Positions 53,706 through 64,000 of a stretch of DNA of 64,000 bases are shown in pieces. A program made the position numbers and the translations under genes. The notes beneath the pieces are model-generated. The model was not told the origin of the DNA and ran no database searches. It saw only the letters and a list, made by a program, of their open reading frames with translations. This stretch comes from Camelus ferus (taxonomy: Eukaryota): contig NC_045707.1 of assembly GCF_009834535.1 (NCBI RefSeq), forward strand, positions 51,896,001-51,960,000, in the 5' to 3' direction. Every line of letters starts with the position of its first letter. Position 1 is the first letter of the stretch.

Positions 53706-53840
53706 AAGCATAGTATGGTTTGATGAAAGGAGTACTAAACTAAGAATGTTCATTCTAGATCTGTCACTGACTTCGGGGAAGACAAAATACTAGGAAATAA
53801 AGAAGAAGGGGTTGAAGTACATGATCTCTAAAGTTCTTTC
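53706..53840 (+). mobile_element. MIR3/MIR-like fragment
   Basis: 'gcatagtatggtttgatgaaaggagtactaaact...tctgtcactgact...gggttgaagtacatgatctctaaagttcttt'. Confidence 0.5.
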
Positions 53841-55561
53841 ACAAATTTAAATTTATATAATTTTAAGATATCCTTCTGAAACATATCACTACAACCTTAA
53901 AGACAGGCTATAAAAATCTCAGAAAATACTATGAAATGGTTTGTCTAGAAGCTCTCCAGCTCTCCCCTCAGTCATTCGGCAGTAGGGAAGAATGTACTGT
54001 TTTCATGGTTATCACACTCAGCTTTCTCACTCATCTGGGAGAAGATCCAATAAAGTTGGCTATTGGTGTATAACTTTAACATTTTTTCCCATCTCTCTAT
54101 AGTAAAATAAACCTTTGCATAACCCCAAGGATTCCTGCTTTATAATAACAAGAAATTATTCCATGTGTGGCCTTTGACCTTGAGCATGGCCTTGACAGCC
54201 TTTTATTTGAAATTACATTATTTTGCCTACATGAAGTTCATAGTTTTCTCTTATACATTTGTACTTTTTTAACTTTGAAAACTGGCTCAAATATTTTTTG
54301 AATCATGAAAGAACATAGATCATGAAAATAATAAATTTTTGAGATTTACACTGGAATGTTGTGTTTTGACAACAAAAAATGCTGTAACTGTCACTTTAAA
54401 ATTAAAGATATTGTTTAATATCTTTCATAACTGACTTAAAAGCTTACATCTAACACAAACCTTATTGATATATAAACTATTTAAACTATTTTATTTGTAC
54501 CCAGGAATGTATAAAACTATTCTTATATGACATACATGCATTCAGCAGTTCTAAAAGCCAGAAGCAACTCATGTCTTTTGAATTGGAAATGTGTTGCCAC
54601 AATTTTCTCTCTATATATATGTTTATTTTAATTGAGGAAGTGTGTTGTTTATTTTTTATATGGTGCTTTAATAGTTTATATACTGGCACAAGGAGTATCA
54701 GTCTGGCAATGGAGTTTAAGTGTTCTCTCAAATTGTATTTACCTATCTCATAAACTACTTAACACTAATTTAAAAATGCTTGTAAGTAGTTTAACAATTT
54801 TTAAAAAAAAAGTTTCTGACAAAACAGTATATTGTTTATAATAAAATCAAACCCTCTTGAATCAAAGATGTCAGTTCTAATAGGATTAGTATTACATTTT
54901 TCTCAAGCCTTTTTTAAGTACCCTATTTTCATGGAAATCAGTAATAATTCATGAATAGGTAACTGGGCTGAAGCTCTTATCTTTAGTGTTTGACTATAAA
55001 GGATAAGTGAGAAACTCATTTATTTAGGAAGAACAAAATATAGTTTGCTAATCCTACTGAGTTTTTTTTTTTCAAAGTCAGGTTTCACATATTTAAAGAA
55101 TTTTGACATCTCATGTCTTTTGCCTTAAGCTATGTGTGAGGTTTCTGTCATTGACTCTATTGATGGAGTCTTTGAAGTATTAATATTTCACCTTCCTAGA
55201 ATACTCCAGATACTTGCATTTATGCTCTTTAGTCCAGATTATGATGTATAACATGAAATGCTGTCAATTTTAATATAATTACCAAGAATATTTCACCTTG
55301 AATGAAACAAACAAAAAAAAGATAACTAATTTTTACTTAGTCAAATTACTTTGAATTTACAAATAAACAAAAAAGTTTACTTTTAGGAAATAACAGAATG
55401 AAAGTTCTTTCATATAGATTTTAATTTGTAATATTATTATTAATTCCAAGGCCTATCATTGACTCTCTTGTTTTTTAAATATATTCTCACATTATTTTTG
55501 TAATGATTTTTAAAATTCATTTTCCACTGAAAATATCTTTTGAAATAAATTTGTTATAATT

Positions 55562-57455
55562 TTTGAATTTTAAATTGTGATAAATTAGCATAAATTTGCC
55601 ATCTTAATCACTTTTAGTATATAGTGCAGTAGTGTTAAGTACATTCGTATAGTTGTGCAACCAATATCCAGAACTCATTTCATACTACAAAACTGAAATT
55701 CTGTGTTTGTATGTATAGGCTCCATATATTTTTATATATATACAAGGAATTATATACACACATATATATAGATTATATATTCATATATATAAAATTCCTT
55801 ACATGTATATGCATATTTCATATATAAAAAATTCCTTATACATATATGCATATTTCTTGCATATATTCCTATCATAGAGACTGGAGGGAGAGATATATCC
55901 TTAAGGTGTTAACAGTAGTGGAATTTATGCATTATTCTTCTTACCCTTTATATTCAAATTTTTTTTACAATAAACTTATAATTCTTTTCTGTTAAAAAAA
56001 TACAATAACACTTTTGTTTACATTTAGACATCTACATTCTTAATACAAGAAACTTAATATTTCATCCGTGTTGTAGCATGTGTCAGAATGTCCTTCCTTT
56101 TTAAGTTTGCATAATATCCCATTGTATATATATTCCATATTTTGTTTACCTATTTATTCATCTTTTGATGAGTAGTTGGGTTGCTTCCACCTTTGGTCTA
56201 TTTTGAGTAATGCTGCCATGAACATGAGTATACATATATCTGTTTGAGTACCTTTCAGTTCTTTTGGGTATATATCTAGAAGTGAAATTGCTAGATTACA
56301 CGTTAATTCTATTTAAAAAATTTTAAGGATCTGTCATACTGTTTTTCATAGCAACTGGACTATTCTATATGCCTATTAACAGTGCATAAGAATTCTCCAT
56401 ATTATTGCTGATACTTGTTTTCTGTCTTTCTGATGGTAGCCACTCTAATGAGAGTGAGATGCTATCTCATTGTGGTTTTGATTTTCATTTCCTTAGTGGT
56501 TAATGATGTTGAACATATTTTCATATGCTTATTGACTATTTGTATATCTTCTTTAGAGAAATATCTATTCAAGATCTTTGCCTGTTTTTTAATTGGATTG
56601 TTTGCTTTTTCATTTTTGTGTAGTAGGAGTTCAGTTTATATATTCTAGATATTAACTCCTCATCAAATATAGAATTCGAAAATATTTTCTACCATTTCAT
56701 GAGTTGTGTTTTCTATGTTGATTTTGCTATTTGATACATAAATTTTTAAGTTTTACATATTTCAATTTATCTATTTTATTTTCTTGGTGATGCTTTTATT
56801 ATCATACTCAAGAAATCACTGACTAATCCAATGTCATGAAGCTTACACCTATGTTTTCTTCTAGGAGTTTTACAGTTGTGGCTCTTACATCTAGGTATTT
56901 GATCCATTTTTGAGTTAATTTTTGTATATCGTTTATTTGTTCATCTTCACTCTTTTATATGTGAACATCTAGTTTTCCCAACACCATCTGTTAAAAAGAC
57001 TATCTTGTCTCTATGGACAAGGGTGCCATGGTCTTGATACCCTTGTCAAAAATCAGTTGACAGTATAGATAAGAGTTTGTTTCTGTGCTGTGTATGCTAT
57101 TTTACTAATGTCTATTTTTATGCCAATACCATACTATTCTGATGACTGTGGGACATCCAGTTTTAATTTTTATTTTCAAGACTGGCTATTTGCATTCCCT
57201 TGAGTTTTGATATGAACTTTAGGATAGATTTTTCTGTTTTTGAAAAAAAAATGCCATTGGGATTTTGACAGGGATTGCATTGAATCTGTAGATTGCTTTT
57301 AGTAGTATTGATGTCTTAACAATATGAAGTATTCTAATCCATGTACACAGGATGTCTTTCCATTGATTTGCATCTTCTTTAATTTCTTTCAGTAACACTT
57401 TGTATTTTTTTAGTATACAAATCTTTCACCTCATTGGTAAAGTTTGTTCCTAAGT
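55562..57455 (-). mobile_element. L1MB-like LINE-1 3' end and ORF2 part, antisense, interrupted at ~55705-56060
   Basis: 3' end 'ttgccatcttaatcacttttag...cagtagtgttaagtacattc...gttgtgcaacca..tccagaac'. Resumes at 'ttcatccgtgttgtagcatgtgtcagaat' and runs to 'gggattgcattgaatctgtagatt...ttcctaagt'. Confidence 0.85.
55725..55870. repeat. TA-rich microsatellite/minisatellite with ~35-bp tandem units
   Basis: 'atatataaaattccttacatgtatatgcatatttc' is followed by 'atatataaaaattccttatacatatatgcatatttc'. Confidence 0.75.
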
Positions 57456-58194
57456 TAAATATTTATCATGTTTTTAATGTAAGTCTGTATTTCTCTTCAT
57501 ACAATGCTTGTATGAAGCTATGTTGAAAAATAATTAATACTCTTTCTAAAATATTTATATGTTTGACTTATGTCTCTTTTATTTACAAGCAAGATATTAT
57601 GTCTGTGTTCATTTCTTAATTTTATAATGTTGCAGCCATCCCTTGTGTTGTAAGGTCAGTCACCCTAATAAATTATTAAGGATACGTAACTTATTAAAAT
57701 TTAAAAATCTATAAATGTTGAGCTGATTTTGTTATAAAATAAGCCACATTTTTGGACTGCTACAGATAAATAAAATCAAACTAAAAGAAAACGAATTATT
57801 TAAAAAATCATAGAGAGTGACAAAATAAATAAATCTCCTTTCTGATTATTGCTATTAAAAATAACTTTTGAATGACAATGTTAATTTTGCTGTATATTTA
57901 GGTTCTTTAATATTTTAATCAAAATTGTAACTTGGGAAAAAAGTATTTTTCAGTAGAGTTTGCAGAAAATCATCAGTTCAACAATAAGAAAACAAAAATT
58001 AAAAAGCCGATATCTATGTAGACCTACATCACAACTATTCAATGTACATCAAAAGCAACTCCTTTCCAGAACTTAGTTTTACATCATGTTAATTAAATAA
58101 ATATGAAAATGAGAGTGTCCATCAGTTGGAGAAAATTTTAGGATACTTCTAAAAAGTAAGGTAGTTTCATAGTTTTTTTTTTTTTTAAATATAG

Positions 58195-58530
58195 CAAGAG
58201 ATTAGAAAGAAGGAGATAAGGGAGAAATGGTGCCAGACTAGAGAACAGAAAGAATGATGAAAATAGAAATAGAAAAATAAATAGAGAAAAATATGAGAAT
58301 AAATAGGAAGGAAAAAATAGAGAAACAGTAAAAGTGAGAAGTAGAAAGATATAAGTGAAAGTATTGGGACAAAATAGGTGACAGGGGGAGAACTGAGACA
58401 TAATATCCACAACCAGCTCAAAAGACATAGATATACAGGAGCATACAGAAAATGAAAATCAGGAGTAAATTGTTAAGGAAGAGAGAGAGAAGAAGAGAGG
58501 AGAGGGGATGGGCGGGGAGGGAAGAAGAGA
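58195..58530 (+). repeat. Purine-rich (A/G) low-complexity tract
   Basis: Mostly A/G on the plus strand, ending in 'gagagagagaagaagagaggagaggggatgggcggggagggaagaagaga'. Confidence 0.7.
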
Positions 58531-59304
58531 TTCCAGAAGAGAACATATATTTTACCTGAGAATTGACTTCATTGAGATGGTCACCAAACCATTACTTAAG
58601 AGACAAGCAATAACTCAGAGAACAAAATTGACTATGATGCAGTCAGGATGGTTTCAAAGAGAAAATAATATTTAACAAAAATATTCCATGATATAAAGGA
58701 TTTCTTTAGTTACATAGTTCTGGTGAGAAATTCTAACTAGAAGGAACAGCACGTACAGAGGTTTTAGAGGTAAAATCCAATAATGTGGTTTATTAGTCTT
58801 GTTTACTTTACTTGGAATCTGGTCAGGGTAAGTGTCCATTGAGAAAGCTATACAGTCAGGTCCAGCAGTTGGGAAAGGTCATTGTGGGGATGTGCCCTGT
58901 GAGCTGGACCTGCACAGTCCAAGGCTCCTCACCTCTTCCTGTCCTTGAAATGTACCTCCTCCCCAGTGTTCCCACAGTGGGAGCTGTTTCCAGGGATGCA
59001 GTCTTGAGAGAGTAGTGTGTTCAGACCTTCTGAATAAGAGGTACTGATGGAGGAAATTACTTGAAACAGGTAGATAAGTAAAAGATTCTTGCCATTATGT
59101 AGGTAAGAAATAATGAAAGCTAGAAATAATGCCATGAAAGCTAGATATAACAAAAGATGTTTAAAGAAGGTAGAAGCAATGGATAACAAACTGCAGAAAT
59201 AAAGGAAGAAGGCATAAATAGTATGACTTCTAAGTGTCTAGCTTGGCTAACTCTGTGTGGTCATGATTTTTACCTGACTGGCATGACATGAAGAGTGATC
59301 TTTC

Positions 59305-59800
59305 TGTAAATGCAAATCCGATTACTTATCTTCCCCATTTAGGAACCTTCAAAGATAATTCCAGACTCCTTTATATAGCATACATAACTCATTATCTCTC
59401 CAGACACTTCTCTTTCAGTGCCCTTTATACCTCACTCTACAGTCCAGCCATACTGAACTACTTTCACTTATCCAAACGTAATATGCATGTTTTCCTTAGG
59501 GCTTCCTTCTCAGTGTCTGGAAATATTTCTTACCCTTTTAACCAAGGCTTACTGGGCCTTTTCTAAATGTTACTTCCTACAAGAAACAATTCCTAATACT
59601 CCAAGATTAGTTGAGGTATCACTCATATACAATTGCATATGGTCCTGAATTTATCACTGCAATGTAGTGTTAGTAAAATCGGGACTATCTCCATGGAGGT
59701 AGACACCTGAAATCTTTGAAGTGTGCTTTGCCTAGTTCACTACTGTAATTATCTGTTACATTAACTGGAATGCTCAATGCACATTTGAGCAATGTAGTTG
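59305..59800 (+). mobile_element. L2 fragment
   Basis: 'tctttctgtaaatgcaaatc', 'ccagactccttta', 'ccagccatactgaactact', 'ctccatggaggtagacac' are typical L2 3' region motifs. Confidence 0.6.
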
Positions 59801-59919
59801 GATTTTCAATCAACTGTCAGTTATTAGATATACTAGCTTTTATCCTTTTTCCTTGGCTTTATTTATCTTCACTAAACACCTTGGTCATTTTAAAAATGGC
59901 AGTTGAGAGTGACATATAG

Positions 59920-59985
59920 CCCTCTTCCCTCTCTCTCTTCTTTTCTTCCTTCCTTTCTCCCTTCCTTTCCTTCTTTTTCTTTCAT
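59920..59985 (+). repeat. CT-rich low-complexity tract
   Basis: 'cctcttccctctctctcttcttttcttccttcctttctcccttcctttccttctttttctttc'. Confidence 0.75.
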
Positions 59986-62900
59986 GGTCTCTGAAAATCT
60001 GCTGGGTAACTATAGTTCCCAACTCGGATGCTGAAGCTGCTTCATTCCAGCTCCCTTATGTTTTTCCCCAGCAATAGCTGCAGAGTTGCCACTTCTGAAG
60101 AGGGAGAAGGGCTGGAGGCATTTGCTGTGTGGTATTTTGTTCTGTTTCTCCTCTTTCTTCCCCCACCTCCCCCTTCCTGAGTAAAGTGATCTGCTTTAGC
60201 TACAGGGTGTATGGAGGAAAAATAAAATTTGATTTACTTTTTCTGTTGTCTCCAGATGATTATATTGTCATTACCTCCCTCACAATGTGTATACCCTGTT
60301 TTTGTTGTGGAAGCAACAATTTGTTTATGTATCAAATAATCAGACATGGGCCATTATAAAATACCATGTAGAAAGGCATAGAAAGATAAGATTGGGTTTT
60401 TCAGCCAGCATTTTAAAAATGTACATATACTCATGGATTATGACTCTTTTAAATGCTCTTCTTGATAATGTAAACATTGTTTCATGTAGAAAATTCAAGT
60501 AAAGAATTGGATCTGAAAATTTTGATAACTCTTTTTTGTGTTTTATGTGTTGTCAGTATTCCAAATAGAATGTTCTAAGTCTCAAATCCAAAATATTATT
60601 AAAATTATTTTTAAAAACCCAATTTAGGGGAAAATTTTCATATCACAACATATCATTCAACTGAAATAGAATTAAAAATGACTTGTTTTTATTTAGAAGG
60701 GAATAATTTATGAAGCTTGGTTTTATTGGAAACATCTTATTTTCTTTAGGAGGCTATTCAAAGAGACAGTGTTTATGTTTGTGATCACATATTTGGAATC
60801 TACACTCCCTTTTTTATTTTTATATAACTTCTGCATTTTAACTAATGTTTTAAAAATATATACTTCTAATGGAACTGCATTATAATAAGTGATTGTTAAT
60901 AAAAAGTTATTTATATAGAAATACTGCAGTTTAAAACAAAACCTTCTACATATTATAAAATGCAATAAAATGGCTTTAGGACCTAAACAGAAAATTTCCT
61001 GTACATAAATGGTCATTAAAACTGCAAAAGGAATGTGATTTAACATGTCAGCTGAAAACTTTAAAATGTTTCTCTCAGATAGAAATGTATATAGCATGAT
61101 AGTATGGATTCTAGACTGTAGTTTGAAAGAAAGCAATGGTGAAAATGAGTTTCATGCCAGTAGACACTTTAAAAACTAGATATAGCAGCAGTCACATTAG
61201 CTTAGATAATGGGAGAATTTTTCTTCATTGAAAATGCTCTGTGTCGCTTAAGAAGAACTTACTGAGGCAGCCTGCCATCTAGCTTTTTCACAGAAAAACA
61301 GGCTTACAGACTGCAGATGAGAGAGTCTGGAGCAGAGACAATTTTAACTTAGCCATTCCTAATTTATCTCAAGCATATTCAATTCATCTTCACTGCTCTA
61401 TGCACACAGGAACACCAGATTGCTGTCCCTGGGGAACAGAATGCAACCGGGGATCTAGAGAGCTGTCACATTCCAAGAAATATTTAAATTGTGCTGATTT
61501 TCTTCTGGAGAACTGAGCCCAGGGAATGAAACTCTCCATCAAGTCAGAGCTTTGCGGGCAATAGATCAGAAGATATTGCCAGTTTTCTAATGGATTATTG
61601 TTATCGGGCAGGTTTTCTCTGAAGGTACGTAGTCATTTTCTCAATTCATTACCCTCTTCTATTTATCAGGTAATGATCTAATGAGCTGGGGATCCAAACC
61701 TGTAAAAAAAGAGAAAGATGTTAAGTAGTTGGTATTGACTGAAGAATGACACCTTATTGCTGCAATGTTTATAGGTGAACAATCTGATGCCTTCACTGAA
61801 GATTAGTAGGGTATAGTTTGAACTGCATTATCAGCAAAAACAGGCAAAACCAAAACAAAACCGTGCTGCAGGCTGCATTATCATAAGTTCATATTCATTC
61901 TCTTGAGGATTTTCTTTTGTAGCTGCAATGTATACTGAAGGGAAAAACAGATTTTGAAAACTCACTTAACCTTATATATGTTTTAATCTTTTTACATAAT
62001 CATGATATTTTCTCCATATATTCCCAAATACAAAACTTTGTCTCAAATGCTGTTATTAATTTTGGTGTCATTGATGTTTATGATATGTGAATGTATGAAT
62101 GACAAAAGTATTTAAAGAAACTCCAGTAGGAGCCTGGCAGCTCTTTATTTTTGAGTTCGGAATAATCTTACTAAAATAAGTGGCTACAGTTTTAGTTAAA
62201 TGTGCATACTATAAAGATGTACTATTCAACTTTGTTCTGTGACATGAAACCCTCCCTACATCTATAGAACTACACGAAACTATTTAGCAAAGTAAAATGT
62301 TAAAAGCTGATAAACTTCTGAATGCTAACTGAACCAACACAAATAGAGAAAGCCTTATCCTAAACTGGAATTTAGCTTATTATACCTATGATATATTAGA
62401 ACAGGAAGGGGTGACTTCTGTGTGTATTTCCCAAAAGTTAAAGATGTGTTTCTAAGGGGATGTTCTTGTCAGAGTGAGTAGGGGTGTGAGACAGAAACCA
62501 AGCACATTGCTAGTCACAGTGAGCTTAGGAAAACTGAAGAAATATTTTAGAATGGGATATGGGGGCTTCAGATGCTTCTCAGTGTTTTATTATTGTGTAA
62601 AGAGACTCAGTGAAACCTACTGCGGTACTAGTATTTTTCCATGTCAAAAATGGCTGTGAGGATAGGTGGAGTAGCCAGGACGTGTGACCTGGAGTGTGGT
62701 GTACCTGCTGCTGTATTTGGCCTGGAACACAGACTTGTGGAACCATTAATGGGTTAATCACAGGCTCAGGAGAGGAAATGGTGGCTGAGCTTCACAAGAG
62801 CACTTGTGAAATGTGTTCTAATTTCTTTAGAGTATTTGAGAGACTATTAGAAGAATAAAGGAGACGGAGAAGAAAGACTGAGTACCCAAACAGTAACTTA

Positions 62901-64000
62901 AAGTGCATTCTCTCTTATCCTCAGAGGGATTGTAAAAGGCAAAAAAATGGAAGAGAGGAAGGAGAATAGAGTCCTCAAAGAGTACTTTTAAGTGCTTCTT
63001 TTTTCATGAATCTTACAAGAACTGAGGAGCAGGAGTTTAAAATCAAGGTTTCCCTATGGATTCCTCCATTTTACATGCTTTTTCTCTCCTTCATAGAACA
63101 TTTTCCCTCCACTCACTTAACAACAACAACAAAAGTCAGCTTACTCACAGCCTTTCTCCCCAATAACTTGTAGCTCTAATTTAAATCTACAGAAATGTGC
63201 TCTCTGAAACTGTATTCACTCCTGAGAGTCAGAGTTTTACAGTCCAGTGACTTATGAATGCCAAAGGATAAAGTGATTTAACATCTTTCATCCTTTTTTT
63301 TTAAATTATTATCACAACTGGCTCTTCTGAAAGTCTCAACCTATGTACAAAAAAGGGCACAAGTAGTAAAAAAGAAAAAAGGAATAACTTCAGGGAACAT
63401 ATTTTATTTTCTTTCAGAATAAGATAATACCAATAGATAACGAAACAATTCACTTCATGTTTAGGTATGGGGAAGAATTGACAGTAGCTTACAAATCAAT
63501 CCTTTAATTTACATTTTGGTTTTAGATGAATATAACAAATATGAAAATCAGGAGGTGCAGTTTCACTTGTCAAATTGTAATAAAAATTTTTATTGCCGTA
63601 ACCTCCTATTAACTTTTTCTACCACAATCATGTTAGTGTCTCTTGCCTCCTTGAAGGGTGCATTCACTTACCCTGCTATCTAAATCTACTCAGCTTTCAA
63701 GTCAGGTGCTAAAATGTGCTTTACTTCATCTTATGGTGAGTTCATTGCAAAATATATTACTATAATTTCATTTTATTGGTTGCTGTTAAATATTTAATAT
63801 TTATTGAGTGCCCATGATATGTTTGATGCTTAAAAACAATATGTAGGAAGAAAATACATAATGATATTTCTCCCAAATCAGCCAGTTTATTAATATTTCA
63901 AGATTCCTAATTGGTGCCCACAGAGGAAGACAATTAAGGCTTACTCTTTAGTGGTTACTTACGTGCATGTAAGGCACAAAAAGTCCTATATGCAGTCAAT

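Noticed and set aside
57495..57517. Perfect 10-bp hairpin cttcatacaa-tgc-ttgtatgaag (similar 9-bp one at 54404-54425)
   Set aside because: Short inverted repeats of this size are plausible by chance in 64 kb of AT-rich DNA and are too short for a pre-miRNA.
60723..61136. 137-aa minus-strand ORF
   Set aside because: Non-ATG start, very AT-rich, I/F/K/L-biased composition and no motif. Likely chance.
1..64000. CRISPR arrays, operons, prokaryotic systems, NUMT or non-retroviral viral insertion
   Set aside because: The sequence is mammalian nuclear DNA. I saw no regularly spaced repeat-spacer array and recognised no mitochondrial or viral coding motif by eye. A translated search would be needed to exclude highly decayed ones.

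Overview
AT-rich, CpG-depleted mammalian genomic DNA, intergenic or deep intronic. It is most likely from a camelid, because it carries two Vic-1-type tRNA-derived SINEs and camelid/cetartiodactyl-type L1 3' UTRs. I recognise no intact protein-coding gene, CpG-island promoter, rRNA/tRNA gene or CRISPR array. Most tracked ORFs are L1 fragments or chance ORFs. The window is a layered set of interspersed repeats: old L1M/L2/MIR, MER5- and Tigger-type DNA transposons, MaLR/ERVL/Gypsy-like solo LTRs, and younger L1s and SINEs with target-site duplications (TSDs). The most notable item, missed by the ORF track, is a ~2.1-kb decayed hAT (Tip100/Zaphod, ZMYM1-like) transposase on the minus strand at ~33.1-35.2 kb, with possible element ends at ~32.9 and ~36.7 kb. 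Other points are a three-level nested insertion containing a 5'-inverted L1, a possible short L1 3' transduction, two L1 deletions filled with foreign repeat sequence, and a few weak exon or regulatory candidates. Repeat subfamily names come from my recall of consensus sequences and need RepeatMasker/Dfam confirmation. I found no convincing novel biological system.
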